From Squalus acanthias (lineage: Eukaryota), in assembly GCA_030390025.1 (NCBI GenBank), contig CM059426.1:189534001-189598000 (forward strand): a stretch of 64,000 bases of DNA, in the 5' to 3' direction. A program made the position numbers and the translations under genes. The notes under the pieces are model-generated. The model was given only the letters and a program-made list of their open reading frames with translations, searched no databases and was not told the origin of the DNA. The first letter of the stretch is position 1. Each line of letters opens with the position of its first letter. Shown here piece after piece: positions 1 through 12,226 of the stretch.

Positions 1-444
1 GAGATTGGGAAAATTCCGGGGGAAATGTAGCCCATAATAAAATGATGCAACGAGTCACAATAACATAATTTTTAATGAAAATTATCACCATGTCATTTGT
101 ACATAGTGTCATTTGTGACAAAATGACATGCAACTCTTCCTCTTCTCTCAAATGATGACAACCCCCTTTTCATGTATTGAAAAGGAGTTTGGCACAAATC
201 AGATCATCAGAAAGTTTATCCTTTTTTTCTATTTTAATATCCATCCATGAGATGTGACTGGTCATTCCAATTTTGGTTACTCAAGTCTGCTTTCCTTGGA
301 ATGCCGAGAACAAGCATTAATGTCATAAACAAAAGGTCACTGCAAAGGCATTATTCTTATGCAAATACATTTTGACAGCACTTCAAGTAGAAACCACTTA
401 CCACTGGCAGCTTTGTCCAAAAATCTATCCAATTAAGATAACAA

Positions 445-1262
445 GGGGAATTTTGCCAGCCCTGGGGAGGCGGGTTTGGAGGCGGGACTGTCGGGAAAAT
501 GGCAGAATCTGGGGGTGGGTGCCCATCCCGCCCCCAACCCGCCTCTGTGTCATCTTCCCAGGAGGCGGGTACCTGACCCGTGCTGGGAGCCACCTCCCCG
601 AGGCGAGAAGGGGATTAGTGACAATTAACTGCCTGTTAACAGGTAGTTAACAGGCAGTTAAGAGGATTATCCCCATTTTACCCCTGCAAGTGCGGGCTTC
701 CTGATGTCGGGAAACCCCGCCAGGGTCAGCGAGGCGAGCATTGGGTCTGCGGGGGTCGGAGGGGTCGAAAAGTGCACTGTGGAGGTGAGTGATGGGTGCA
801 AGTGTGGAGAGGTAAGTATGTGAGGTAAGTGAAAAGTGATAGAAAATGTTTACTTACCTTTGTTTCTTCCTGCAGACTTCAACCGTTGGGGAACCGGCAT
901 CTCCGCAGCAGAGATGACAGATGGCTGCTGCATTCTCCGATTTCTGCTCAGCAGATAGGTTTGATGAGTCTTGAATACAAGGACTCATCAAACAACAGAG
1001 AATGTCAGTGTTTGACAGCTTCACAGAGCTGTCAAACTATGACAATTCATCTGTCAAAAATTTTTGACAGATGAAACGTCATACGCTGACGTTCTTTGTA
1101 ACCGGCTTTCCCTTAATTGGCCTGCTAAGCCCGCTGGGCGGGCTTAACAAGGTCAATCAAGGGAAAATAGCATGGGTTGGCCACAAGTCGATGGAGGCGG
1201 GACTAAAACCCGACAAGTGGGAGTCCCGCCTCCAAAAGCTCCCCATTGGCAAAATCCAGCCC
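445..1262. mobile_element. Non-autonomous Harbinger-type element (MITE-like)
   Basis: Degenerate terminal inverted repeats (TIRs) GGGGAATTTTGCC / GGCAAAATCCAGCCC. GC-rich subterminal GGCGGG motifs and an internal GTTAAC palindrome are shared with the Harbingers at 2703 and 52789. Confidence 0.6.
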
Positions 1263-1823
1263 AAAGTGCTTGGTAAGGAATGCAAATGGGAGATTGTCTC
1301 GCAGCTCAAGTAATTTCAAGAAACCTTAGCATTAAGTTCCTTCTCCTCTGGAAGGTACCTTCTGTTTTCCAAATTCCAGGTATTAACTTCAAAGAGTATA
1401 CGTCCAGGTAGCAAACAATTCCCCAAGTCTTACATCCTGTGGAAGTTTCACAGGCTGATGCCATTGAGAGAAGAATATTTTTGGCTTCCTTTGTTCCTAG
1501 TTAAACTTGAAAGTACATCTTGGACAGTGTTGCACCAGCTCGTCAGTTCTTCTCTGGGATAATCAAGATAACAGCTGTAAACTTTAGGTCTGATGAGACC
1601 GCACATCTAAATTATGTTACAGGTGCTGACGCAGGAGTGGTATTACAGAGAAGATTAGCAAAGGACCACATTCTTATTTTTGTATTGAGGAGGTTTAGAT
1701 ATAGTTATATAACTACTGTATCCGGCAATATTGCCTTTATTGTTATTTGTATCTTTGCATAACCCATGGTTTGATAAAATATTTATTCTACCAATTTCCA
1801 AAGTCAGAGAGATAACAGAGCTT

Positions 1824-2354
1824 GGGGGAGATTTTAACTGTCGGGTAGCTGACCCGAGAAATGCGGCGCCTGCACCCCCAATCCAGCTGGTTGGAGACCC
1901 GATCCATTTTGAAAGTTGGGCATCATTACCATGCCCTCAGTGAGTTACACGCACTCCGCTACAGTTCATTGGCTCTGGGCTGACGCAATATTAGGCAGCC
2001 CAGAGGACAACCCAGCCAGCAGGAAGGTACATCCAGGGGGCAGGGGGACGATCGCGGAGGGTGGGGGAGTCCATAGTGGCAGCAGCTCTGCTTCTGCTCT
2101 TCCGAGCTCTACAAAAATAATCTTAAACTTGCCTTATTGGGAGCTCATCTGCTGCACCATACATGGAGCATGCTCTGCCTGTTGTCTGTCAAAACTGCAA
2201 TTTGGGTCCTATGCTTGTCATAAAACCCCGATTTGTATATTAAGTGGGCCTACTACCTGAAACAGGCAGGTGCATCAGACACCTAGTGGAAGGGCCCTTT
2301 GAGGATGGCAGCTGCTGGAGGCCTTTTCATCAGCCCAAATTATAATCGACCCCC
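1824..2354. mobile_element. Non-autonomous Harbinger-type element
   Basis: Termini GGGGGAGATTTTAA / TTATAATCGACCCCC resemble the GGG-N-ATTTT TIRs seen throughout the window. Confidence 0.45.
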
Positions 2355-2993
2355 TTATGTCACAGCAGTAAGTTAAGTATAGTAATAAGGGTTTCTGTTT
2401 GACCCATGAGCAATGCGACAATGCCAAATAATGTGTGTGTGTGTACGGTCCCACTTCAGCTTGTAATGAAGATTAATATAGAGAACTAGACCTAATGCTA
2501 AGCACAAGAGAAATATCTGTGCAAAACCCCAAAACACAACCGCAACATTTTATTTTGTGTTCCACTTTGCAAATGTCTATTTTTATTGGGGTTTTTTAAT
2601 TTTCTGAGGCAAAAATGAATAACTCTGGGGCTACAAGGGGTCAGCCAACCGCTTTTTAATTGGATTCCAATGCCTTAATTCCTTGCTTAGCACAAACACT
2701 AGGGGCTTGATTTTAATTCAGCTGAGTGGGCGAGTTTGGAGGCGGGTCGGGTGCGAAAATTGGAAAAACTGCCAGTGGGATGCGAACCCGCCTCCACCTG
2801 ATTTTCGCAAGTGTCAGGTCAGCTGCTCCTGAACTGACCCAACAGCAAATGGTGGGACAGGCAGTTAAGGCAGTTAGCAGCTTGTTAACTGCCTTGCTAA
2901 TCCTATTTTAATCAGTGATTCAGATTTTGGTGCTTTTGGCTCCTGTCTCCCGTCTTCCGAGAAACACGCCAGCTGCAATGAGACAGGCAGAGG

Positions 2994-5537
2994 ATGAGCT
3001 TCCTCAGCATGACTGAGCAGCAGTGCCAAAGGAGGCTGAGACTTTCGAGAGATGTAGTTGCTGACATCTGCACAATGCTGCACCAACACCTGGAGCTCAG
3101 AGGAGTGTGTGGACATTCCTTACCAGTAGCTGTCAGTCACCACCGCACTCAATTTCTTTGCTTCAGGCTCCTTCCAGGGATCAGCTGTAGACATCAGCGG
3201 CATCTCCCAGTCGACCGCACACACCTGCATCATGCAGGTCACCGATGCCCTCTTTGCAAAGGCGCACAATTACATCCACTTCTCCACGGATGGCACCAAG
3301 TGTGACCATGCGTGCGGTTGGCTTTACTAATATGGCAGGCTTGCCAATGGTGCAGGGCATCATAGACTGCACACATGTGGCCATTAGGGCCCCCCATCAC
3401 AACCCAGCTGTATTTGTCAACCGCAAGGGATTCCACTCCCTGAACGTCCAGCTGGTGTGTAACCACAGGAAGATCATACGAACATACAAATTAGGAGCAG
3501 GAGTAGGCCACTCGGCATTTCGAGCCTGCTCCGCCATTCAATAAGATCATGGCTGATCCGATTACTCCACATTCCTGCCTACCCCAGATAACTTTTCACC
3601 CCCTTGCTTACCAAGAATCTATCTACTTCTGTCTTAAAAATATTCAAAGACTCTGCTTCCATCGCCCTCTGAGGGAGAGAGTTCCAAAGACTCACTGACC
3701 CTCTGTGAGAAAAAATTTCTCCTCATCTCTGTCTTAAATGGGCGACCCCTTATTTTTAAACAGTGACGCCTAGTTCTAGATTCTCCCACAAGAGGAAACA
3801 TCCTCTCCACATCCACCCTGTCCAGACCCCTCAGGATCTTATATGTTTCAATCAAGTCACCTCTTACTCTTCTAAACTCCAGCAGAAACAAGCCTAGCCT
3901 GTCCAACCTTTCCTCATAAGACAACCCGCCCATTCCAGGTATTAGTCTAGTAAACCTTCTCCGAACTGCTTCCAACGCATTTATTCTTCCTTAAATAAGG
4001 AGACCAATACTGTACACAGTACTCCAGATGTGGTCTCACCAATGCCCTGTATAACTGAAGCATAACCTCCCTACTTTTGTATTCAATTCCCCTCGCAATA
4101 AACGATAACATTCTATTAGCTTTCCTAATTACTTGCTGTACCTGCATACTAACCTTTTGCGATTCATGCACTAGGACACCAAGATCCCTCTGCATCTCAG
4201 AGCTCAGCAATCTCTCACCATTTAGATAATATGCTTCTTTTTTATTCTTCCTGCCAAATTGAACAACTTCACATTTTCCCACATTATACTCAATTTGCCA
4301 GATCTTTGCCCTCCCTTCCATTTCCTGGGATGTTACTTGTATCCTCTATAGTGAAGACCGATGCAAAATACCTGTTCAATTCAACTGCCATCTCCTTATT
4401 TTCCATTATTAATTCCCCAGACTCACTTTTTTAGGACCAACGCTCACTTTGTTAACTCTTTTCTTTTTTAAATATCTATAGAAACTCTTACTATCTGTTT
4501 TTATATTTCTAGCTAGCTTTCTCTCGTACTCTAATTTTTCTCTCCTTATTAATCTTTTAGTTATTCTTTGCTGTTTTTTATATTCTGTCCAATCTTCTGA
4601 CCTGCCAACCATCTTTGTGCAATTATATGCTTTTTCTTTAAGTTTAATACTATCTTTAACTTTTTTAGTTAACCACGGATGGTTGGTCCTCCCCTTGGAA
4701 TTTTTCTTTCTTGTTGGAATGTATATATTCTGTGTATTTTGAAATATCCCCTTAAATGTCTGCCACTGCAACTTTATTGACCTATCCCTTAACCTAATTT
4801 GCCAGTTCACTTTAGCTAGCTCTGCTTTCATGCCCTCATAATTACCCTTATTTAAGTTTAAAATACTAGTCTTGGACGCACTCATCTCTCTCTCAAACTG
4901 AATGTAAAATTCAATCATATTATGATCGCTGCTACCTAGGGGCGCCTTCACTATCATCATGCATGTTTGCGCTAAGTACCCTGGCAGTTGCCATGACTCC
5001 TTCATCCTGCGCCAATCTACTGTGCCTCAGCTCTTCCTTCCGACAACTCAACTTTCCGGATGGCTACTTGGTGACAAGGGCTATCCCCTGAAAAAGTGAC
5101 TTATGACACCGATGAGGATGCCAACAAATGAAGTTGAGGAGCGCTACAATCTGAGTCACTTATCCACCAGAAGCATCATCGAGCAAACCACCGGCTTGCT
5201 CAAAATGCACTTTCGATGCCTGGACAGATCTGCAGGAGCCCTGCAGTATGTACCAGCCAGGGTGTCCAGAATCATTGTGGTCTGCTGTGCCCTGCACAAC
5301 ATCGCACCGCAGCGCGGCTTAGTGCTGCCGGACGAACAAGTGGCTCAGCGCACAGCCTCCTCGGAAGATGAGGAAAAGAACGAGGAGGAGGACGAGGAGG
5401 AGGACCAGAGGAGGAGGATGGGGAGACACGCATTGCGGGGCCGGATGTGGCCAATGCAGTCGCACGCGACCACATTACTGGTCGTCTGGCAAGGGAAGTA
5501 TTCATCCTTGCCAGATACGCAAGAGCTGACACTTTAA
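2994..5537 (+). pseudogene. Harbinger DDE transposase (HARBI1-like, DDE_Tnp_4), disrupted
   Basis: Motifs [55 protein letters not shown] and CCALHNI. It has frameshifts, a stop near 5098 and a CR1 insertion at 3478-4952. Confidence 0.92.
3478..4952 (-). mobile_element. CR1 LINE (HER1-like), 5'-truncated, RT core internally deleted
   Basis: ORF2 pieces [26 protein letters not shown] and RGDLIETYKIL, plus a CR1 3' UTR (CCTACTCCTGCTCCTAAT). TSD ATCAT at 3473-3477 and 4953-4957. Near 4315 the sequence jumps from the linker region to the post-RT region. Confidence 0.92.
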
Positions 5538-5824
5538 ACACAGGTGACTGGCAGATGGAGATGAATATAAGGCCGACATTCTCAAAACCTCATGCATCAT
5601 CTGTCCAATAAACGATGGTGTCCGCTCACTTTCATCATCATCATTATAAATGGAATTAGTCCTGAGCCCTCACTCTTGAACTTCCATTTCCCAGAACACA
5701 TAGGCCAGAACCTCAACTCTTTGCCATCACTTTTGTTTAATTGCATCACAAAAGTATGACACTCGATATTTAACAACACCAGAAAACATCCAAGTGACTA
5801 CCCTTGTGACTATTAGTGCTTTAA

Positions 5825-7670
5825 CTATCTCTTATGTGTGCTCCTATGTGGTGCTTCCCCTGTGGCTTCAGCAGATGTAGAGGCACCTTGCTCACTTTGG
5901 TGCTGCGCCTGCTTAGATGCCTTTGGCGGGCATCCTCTGAGTTTTGGAGCCTGTGAGGGATCCTCCACAGTCTGCTCTTCCTGCGGCTGTGCAGGGGCTG
6001 AGATGGCCATCTCAGTTGGGTGAGGAATCTGGGGCACTGACCGAGGGCTCCACAGTGGCATGGTCATGTGAGCACTTGAAAGGAGCCCACACTTCCTTGT
6101 TGTCTGCCACCAACATCCCTCTCATGGGTCACCCGCACTTCACTGCTAGCAAGTGGCAGGAGAATAACCTGCTGCACCACAGTGGGGCCACGAGGACCCG
6201 TCTCAATACTGAAAGTCCTCATAACAGGGACGTCCATGTAACTCTGGTGTCTGTCCTCAATAGATGCCCATCTATCCTCCATAGCTGACCATCTATTTAG
6301 AAGAGTCACCATGCTCTATTGTGTCTGGCGACTTATGTCCTCCAAGGAGATTGCCACCCTCTCCAAGGCGGCATGTTCGTGCGCCATTGCCTTCACAAAG
6401 GCAGAGATGGACTCCTCCATTCCCTCCACACTCGCAGTTACCCTGGATGCAAACCCTGTCAGAGACTCCTGCACTTGTTCCTGGAGTTCCAGCACCACTC
6501 TCTTTCTGGATGGCCCCAGAGGCACAGCGGCTACAGCTAGGAGCGTCCTGCAACCTCTGATGAGGACTCTCCACTGCTGTCGCTGTCTCCACCATCTGCT
6601 GATGCTCACTTGTGAGCTGTGATACACCAGGTGACAACACTACTCTATATCGTGAAGGACCCACCCGTGGTGTGCGTATCTGCGCTGGTGCTGGGTGCGC
6701 TGAGTCCTGGTGACGCGGCTCCCTCAGAGGCTCCAGGTTCCTCTAAGGATTCATCTGGCTCTTCCTCCTGGACAGTGGGGAGGGGGGCGCTCGATGGTCC
6801 TGTGGGAGAGTAGATGCATGAGTTAGACATCAGATTTGGAGGTAGCAGACACATCCTATTGTGCAGATGATCAGAAGTCAATCTCTATGAGCAACATATG
6901 CCATTGCAGTCAATCATGAAATCTTAATGGGAGGGATTTAAAATGCATTCTGTCACCAGGTTCCTCAACTGCGCCCGTCTCTCCGTCCCCCACTTCCAGG
7001 TCCTCACCACCACCCACGACTTCGTGAGCAGACTCCTCGGCCAATGTAAGTGTAGCGAGGGATGGAGGGCCTCCTCCTGTCTTGGATCTCTCCCTCTTGT
7101 TGTGGGCTATCTTTTCCTGCAAGGAGGGACACAAATGGAGTTTCAGCGAGAGTGATGGAGTGAGTGCGAAGAAACCAGAAGATAGAAGCTTAGAGGGAGA
7201 CCAAGATGGAATGAGGTGGCAAGAGGAAGGAGGTTCCCTGTGCATTGTTAGTTGTTGTGATTGCATAACAGTGAGAGCGAGTGTGAGGGGTGCATAGTAG
7301 GATGGTGAAGTGATTCAGTACAGAGCGAGAGATGGATAGGTAAAGGTGCAACGGAAGTAAGGGTAAGTTGGGATTTGGAGGAGCAGGCTTCCAAAGCAGA
7401 GTGCTGGTGATGAGAAGTGGAGGGAAGCAGAGCGAAGGTAAGTGTGATGTGATACTCACTTTTGATGATCGCAGAAGATCATTAAATCGTTTCCGGCACT
7501 GGAGCCAATTGCGTGAACCGACAGACCTTGCTCTGACCTCCTCAGCAATGTGCAGCCTTCGTTTGCTGAGGAACAGGATGTCCCTGCGGCCCTGTTACTA
7601 CCTCCACAAGAGCTTGGTGGGAGTCCTCATCGAATCTGGGAGCAGCCTTTGATTTGCCAGCATTCATTGC
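5825..7670 (-). pseudogene. Harbinger Myb/SANT-like DNA-binding protein gene, three exons (about 7670-7460, 7116-6957, 6799-5825), disrupted
   Basis: Exon 1 encodes AAPRF...NWLQCRKRFNDL and is followed by GTGAGT. Exon 2 (EKIAHNKRERSKTGGGPP) has AG/GT boundaries. The acidic, coiled-coil exon 3 has frameshifts. The exon layout matches the copy at 48140-51763. Confidence 0.88.
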
Positions 7671-8808
7671 CACCAGGGACCATCCAAACTGCAGCCAAAA
7701 GGAGAAATGAGAGGATGGGGCTAACTGGGCCCCTTAAGAACCACTGCAGCAATGACCTCATTAGTGGAGAGCAACAGACCCGCTCCCATTCATTGCAGCA
7801 GCCAGTGCACCCACTGAGGCTTAATAGGCCAAATTAATTAAAATTGCAAAGCTGGAGCGGATTAAACCAGCAGCGGGACCGGAACCCACCCACCAAGCAA
7901 CCCGACTCCATCCCGCCTCTTCCATTAAAATTGAGCCCTAGCAGTTCCTTAACAAGCACCGAGTTTCTCAAGTCAATAAATTGAACCAATGCACATGCAC
8001 CCCATGGAATATCATATTTATTCCATATCCTCAATTTCATTTTTAATCAATCATTTTAATAAATTATAAAAATTGGATTGATTTCTTATGATCCTATTTG
8101 CATTTTGTTCACTGGCGATCTCTTTTAATTTGGGTCCTATACCTCAGTACTGCCAAGAGACTTTAATGACAGTGAAGGTTACATGCAGCAATCTGCATCA
8201 GTGCAGGTTAATAATCTAATGCATGACAAATAAAATCAGCTTTGAGGTGGTGAATATTAAGGAGTTGATTTTTATGCTTCAGCAAAATATTTGTTTGATG
8301 AATTTAATTTTTAAAATTAACTTTGAGGCATTTATTTGTATTAACCTGCTGCAGTATGTTCAAGCCTTGACATGGACATCATCTTTAAATGAAATGGATA
8401 TCTGGCACTTTACTGTAAATGTAGCATGCATATGAGAAGTGTCAGTATTGACCTTTAACCCACTGAGGCAGGGTATCCGGAGCACTGTGAGATGAATCAG
8501 TGCTTATAGTGTATCTGTATCCACAATGAGTATGGAATAAATATGAACATAAACCCTTAAAGTGCTAGTCCCAGCATTTGTGGTGCTAACAGTACTCTCA
8601 TTTCTTCAGGAGAAAGGGTTAAATATAGAACAACAGATTCATGCAGCTTAGTTGCAAGGCTGTAACTTAATCAAGGGAGTTCAGAAAATGTGTAAAGCTC
8701 AATTGATCCATCAACACATTCTGAAGCGTAGGGTTAAGGTTAGCACTTTGAAGTCTCTCTCTGCAAGCTACAATTTTTTTTTACATGCTGGGCTGTGTAT
8801 GGAATAAT

Positions 8809-10282
8809 GGGCAGGATTTTACTCTCATCGGCGAATAAATGGCGCCAGCCCTTCATTGCACTTGCACTTGCTCACAGATTTGCTATGGAATTTTGCACTG
8901 GAGCTAACTGTAAATTAGAGAGGCAAAATGGCACAGTGCCTTTACAGGGGATCTGGGGCCTGTGTGAACAGGGCAAGCAACTGTGTATCAATCAGATTGA
9001 AGAATCGTTAATGAGCAGCGCAGAGTCTGAACCAGGAAGTGTCAGTTAGAATATTGAATTCAATGTCAAATCAGGTACAGAAAGTGAAATAAAGAGAGGG
9101 AAAGAAAGGTTTTATTTATTAAAATCTCTAAAAATAAATAAAATCTGAAGGAATGAGACACCACACTTGGTAAATATAATTTTCAGTGCCAGAGAGGTTG
9201 TTTGGCAGTAATTAAGACCTATCACGCTGTTAGAAATTAACTTACACTGGAATGGACAGGTCCTTACCTTTTCTTCTGAGTTTAGTGGGTATATATCACA
9301 TAAGTACAACAACTTCACACTGTTCCATCTAGTTCAGTGGTGAGTCTCTCGGTGAGATACCATTATAACGCAGCTTCTAGAGGAGCAGGACATCTCAGAT
9401 AGCAACATCCGGATTTCCGCGTTTAACTGCATATGTGCAGTTGCTGAAAGTTGCTGTCCGATTTACACTTTGGGCTGTATATTCCGATGCCTATGGGTGT
9501 ATACGAGCTGTGTACACACCCGTAGGGACATCAGAAATGCCGGTTTCAGGCATGCGAAGCGCATGCGCTGAAAACCAGTATTACCGATCTGTCAAGAATG
9601 CTCTTGACAGAATGGGCGCCTGCCCTCGAGAAGGGCCTCTGCGGGCGGATAATTCTGCTTTCTGGAGAACCTCCGCCCGCAGAAAACTCTTAGAAATCTT
9701 ACGCCGGGTAAAATTAGGCATAAGGCCTGCTTTTACCAGCATAAGAGTTGAAAAAAGTGAATTTTTTTCCCCACTCATTTATAATTTAAAAATACTTTTA
9801 AAAAAGGTAAGTTTATTTTTAGCCCCGTAAAAAACTTCAATTATTTTTTTAAATATTACATTTTTGTTTCAAATATTTAATTTATTGTAATTTCAACTCA
9901 TTTTAAAAACATGATTTAAAAAAAAAATTAATTAATGTTTTACTGTGTTTCTGGGGTGATCTCCATTCATATATTTGACAGGTCTATCTGTCAAGTGTAT
10001 GAAGGGAGATTCCCTTCTCCCATTTGCTCCCCATGGCCCACGGGATCCCAGGGATGTTTGCGAACTGCATGCGCCTCTGGGATATGTGGGCCCTGCTCAT
10101 TCCGAGTTTGGAGGGGCCCAGGATTGGAAGTATACGCACCTCGGGAGTCCTCAGGTAAGTTCGTAGATTTTTTCCAGATCGGAGGCCTCCGCACGCAGGA
10201 AGCCTCCGATCGGAAAATACGGGCCTTTAATAAAGGTGAGCACTGTTACCCTCACCATTATTTTTACAGCAAAATCTGGCCC
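8809..10282. mobile_element. Old non-autonomous Harbinger-type element containing a nested MITE
   Basis: Termini GGGCAGGATTTT / AAAATCTGGCCC. Confidence 0.5.
9472..10225. mobile_element. Non-autonomous Harbinger-type MITE
   Basis: Termini GGGCTGTATATTCCG / CGGAAAATACGGGCC. A homologous copy lies in inverted orientation at about 15410-18139. Confidence 0.65.
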
Positions 10283-11264
10283 ATTGTGTATAGAATGTCT
10301 GCATGGAGTTTCCCAAGGTGGGCTTCAATAGCTCTTTGGTGTGGATTTGGAGTGGGAAAATTGCTACTTGTTGGATTCCTATTGCTAAGACAAAGGGAAA
10401 TTCAGTGGTGCAGCAAGATTTAAAGTACTGCAGTTGATTAAAAGAGCACACACCCTTTCCTCTCAGAGTAGGAGCCACAAGTACAATAATGATGGAAAAA
10501 GAAGCAGCCTTATGGGAGAGACGGGGGGAGGTTCCAGCAGCCAAAAGGGCCTTCATATTTTCAAATGCATTTGTGAATGTCTTACTTATTGAACTAAGGG
10601 AACAACTCTTAGGGACCGAGAAAAGGAAGGTCTATAAAACAGCGGTGTAGATATTATAGAGGGAGGTTGCTGAAGCAATCAGTGCAACCTCCAGCACCCT
10701 ATGAACTGCCATACAGTCCGGGAAGAGGTTTAAGGACCCCACAAGTTTGGCTAAGCTAGGTGAAGGCACGATTCCCTATGCACATAAGATAAGAATGATA
10801 GAGGCATGACTCTTCACTTTACCTGTCATGTTCTCTCTATCATTTATTGGGTGAAATGAAATCTGTACTATTCACAAGCAACTATTGAAAGCAATAATTT
10901 CCTTATACTGTCATAAAGGGGGTTGTGTTAGTCTTGAAGAAGAGGTGTTTAAAGAAGGTTTGCATCTGTAAGCATTATAATCATAGGATAGATGCAAACA
11001 CCTGGGTGAGAAGAATTGCCAATCAGATTCTTTCATAATTATGTTCTCTCCTTACAAAGGAGGTCCAAATCATAGGAGTTTGAGTAAGTAAGTCAGCTAG
11101 CACAATGGGTAGACGTGATGATAAGAAGTAAATGTAGTTAGAGTGTTTGTAATTATTGGAATAATTTGGAACATATTATTATGGAAGTAAAAATTGATTG
11201 ACCACATAGATTTCAAAGTTCAATTTTCTACATGCTGCATATTGGCGGTATCATCCGAAAACAT

Positions 11265-12226
11265 AACATCAGGCTCCACATGTACGCTGACGACACTCAG
11301 CTCTATCTCACCACCACCTCTCTTGACCCCTCCACTGTCTCAGATTTGTCAAACTGCTTGTCTGACATCCAATATTGAATGAGCAGAAATTTCCTCCAGC
11401 TAAATATTGGGAAGACCGAAGCCATTGTCTTTGGTCCTTGACTCAAACTCCATTCCCTGAACACTGTTTCCATCCCTGGCAACTGTCTGAAGCTGAGGCA
11501 GATCATTCGCAATCTTGGCATTGTGTTTGAACCCGAGATGAGCTTCTGACCACATAGCCGCTCCATCACCAAGACTGCCTTCTTCCACCTCAGTAACAGC
11601 GCCTGACTCTGACCCTGCCTCATCTGCTGCTGAAGCCCTCATCCATGCCTATGTTACCTCTAGACTTGACTATTCCAACGCACTCCTGGCCGGCCTCCCA
11701 CGTTCTACCCTCCGCAAACTTGAAGTCATCCTAAACACTGCTGCCCGTGTCCTAATTTGCACCAAGTCCCGTTCACCCATCACCCCTGGGCTTGCTGACC
11801 TGCATTGGCTCCCGGTTAAGCAACACCTCGATTTTAAAATACTCATCCTTGTTTGCAAATCCCTCCATGGCCTCGCCCCTCCCTATCACTGTAATCTCCT
11901 CCAGCCCCACAACCCCCCTAGATATCTACACACCTCTAATTCTGGCCTCTTGAGCAACCCCAATTTTATTCGCTCCACCATTGGTGGCCGTGCCTTCAGC
12001 TACAAAGGCTCTATGCTCGGGAATTCCCTCCCTAAACTTCTCTGCCTCTCTACCTCTCTTTCCTCCTTTAAGGCACTCCTTAAAACCTACCACTTTGACC
12101 AAGCTTTTGGTCATCAGCCCTAATATCGCCTTATGTGGCTCGGTGTCAAATTTTGTTTTATAACGCTCCTGTGAAGTGCCTTGGGACATTTTACTATGTT
12201 AAAGGTGCTATATAAATACAAGTTGC
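11265..12226 (+). mobile_element. L2 LINE 3' fragment
   Basis: Decayed translation HMYADDTQLY...LSDIQY*MSRNFLQLNIGKTEAIVFG...SRLDYSNALL, and a 3' tail GCTATATAAATACAAGTTG. Confidence 0.88.

Larger units (their letters stand above)
2703..7938 (+). mobile_element. Full-length PIF/Harbinger DNA transposon (inactivated), two convergent genes, with CR1 insertion
   Basis: TIRs GGGCTTGATTTTAAT / ATTAAAATTGAGCCC, each one CpG transition from GGGCTCGATTTTAAT, with TSD TAG at 2700-2702 and 7939-7941. Transposase on +, Myb/SANT-like gene on -. Confidence 0.93.

Noticed and set aside
1-1820. Coding-like unique sequence flanking the first MITE (possible endogenous viral or pseudogene relic)
   Set aside because: The frames I translated have frequent stops and no motif I recognise.
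2994-5537. Host HARBI1 gene
   Set aside because: It lies within TIRs and a TSD, is paired with a Myb gene and is disrupted, so it is a transposon copy.
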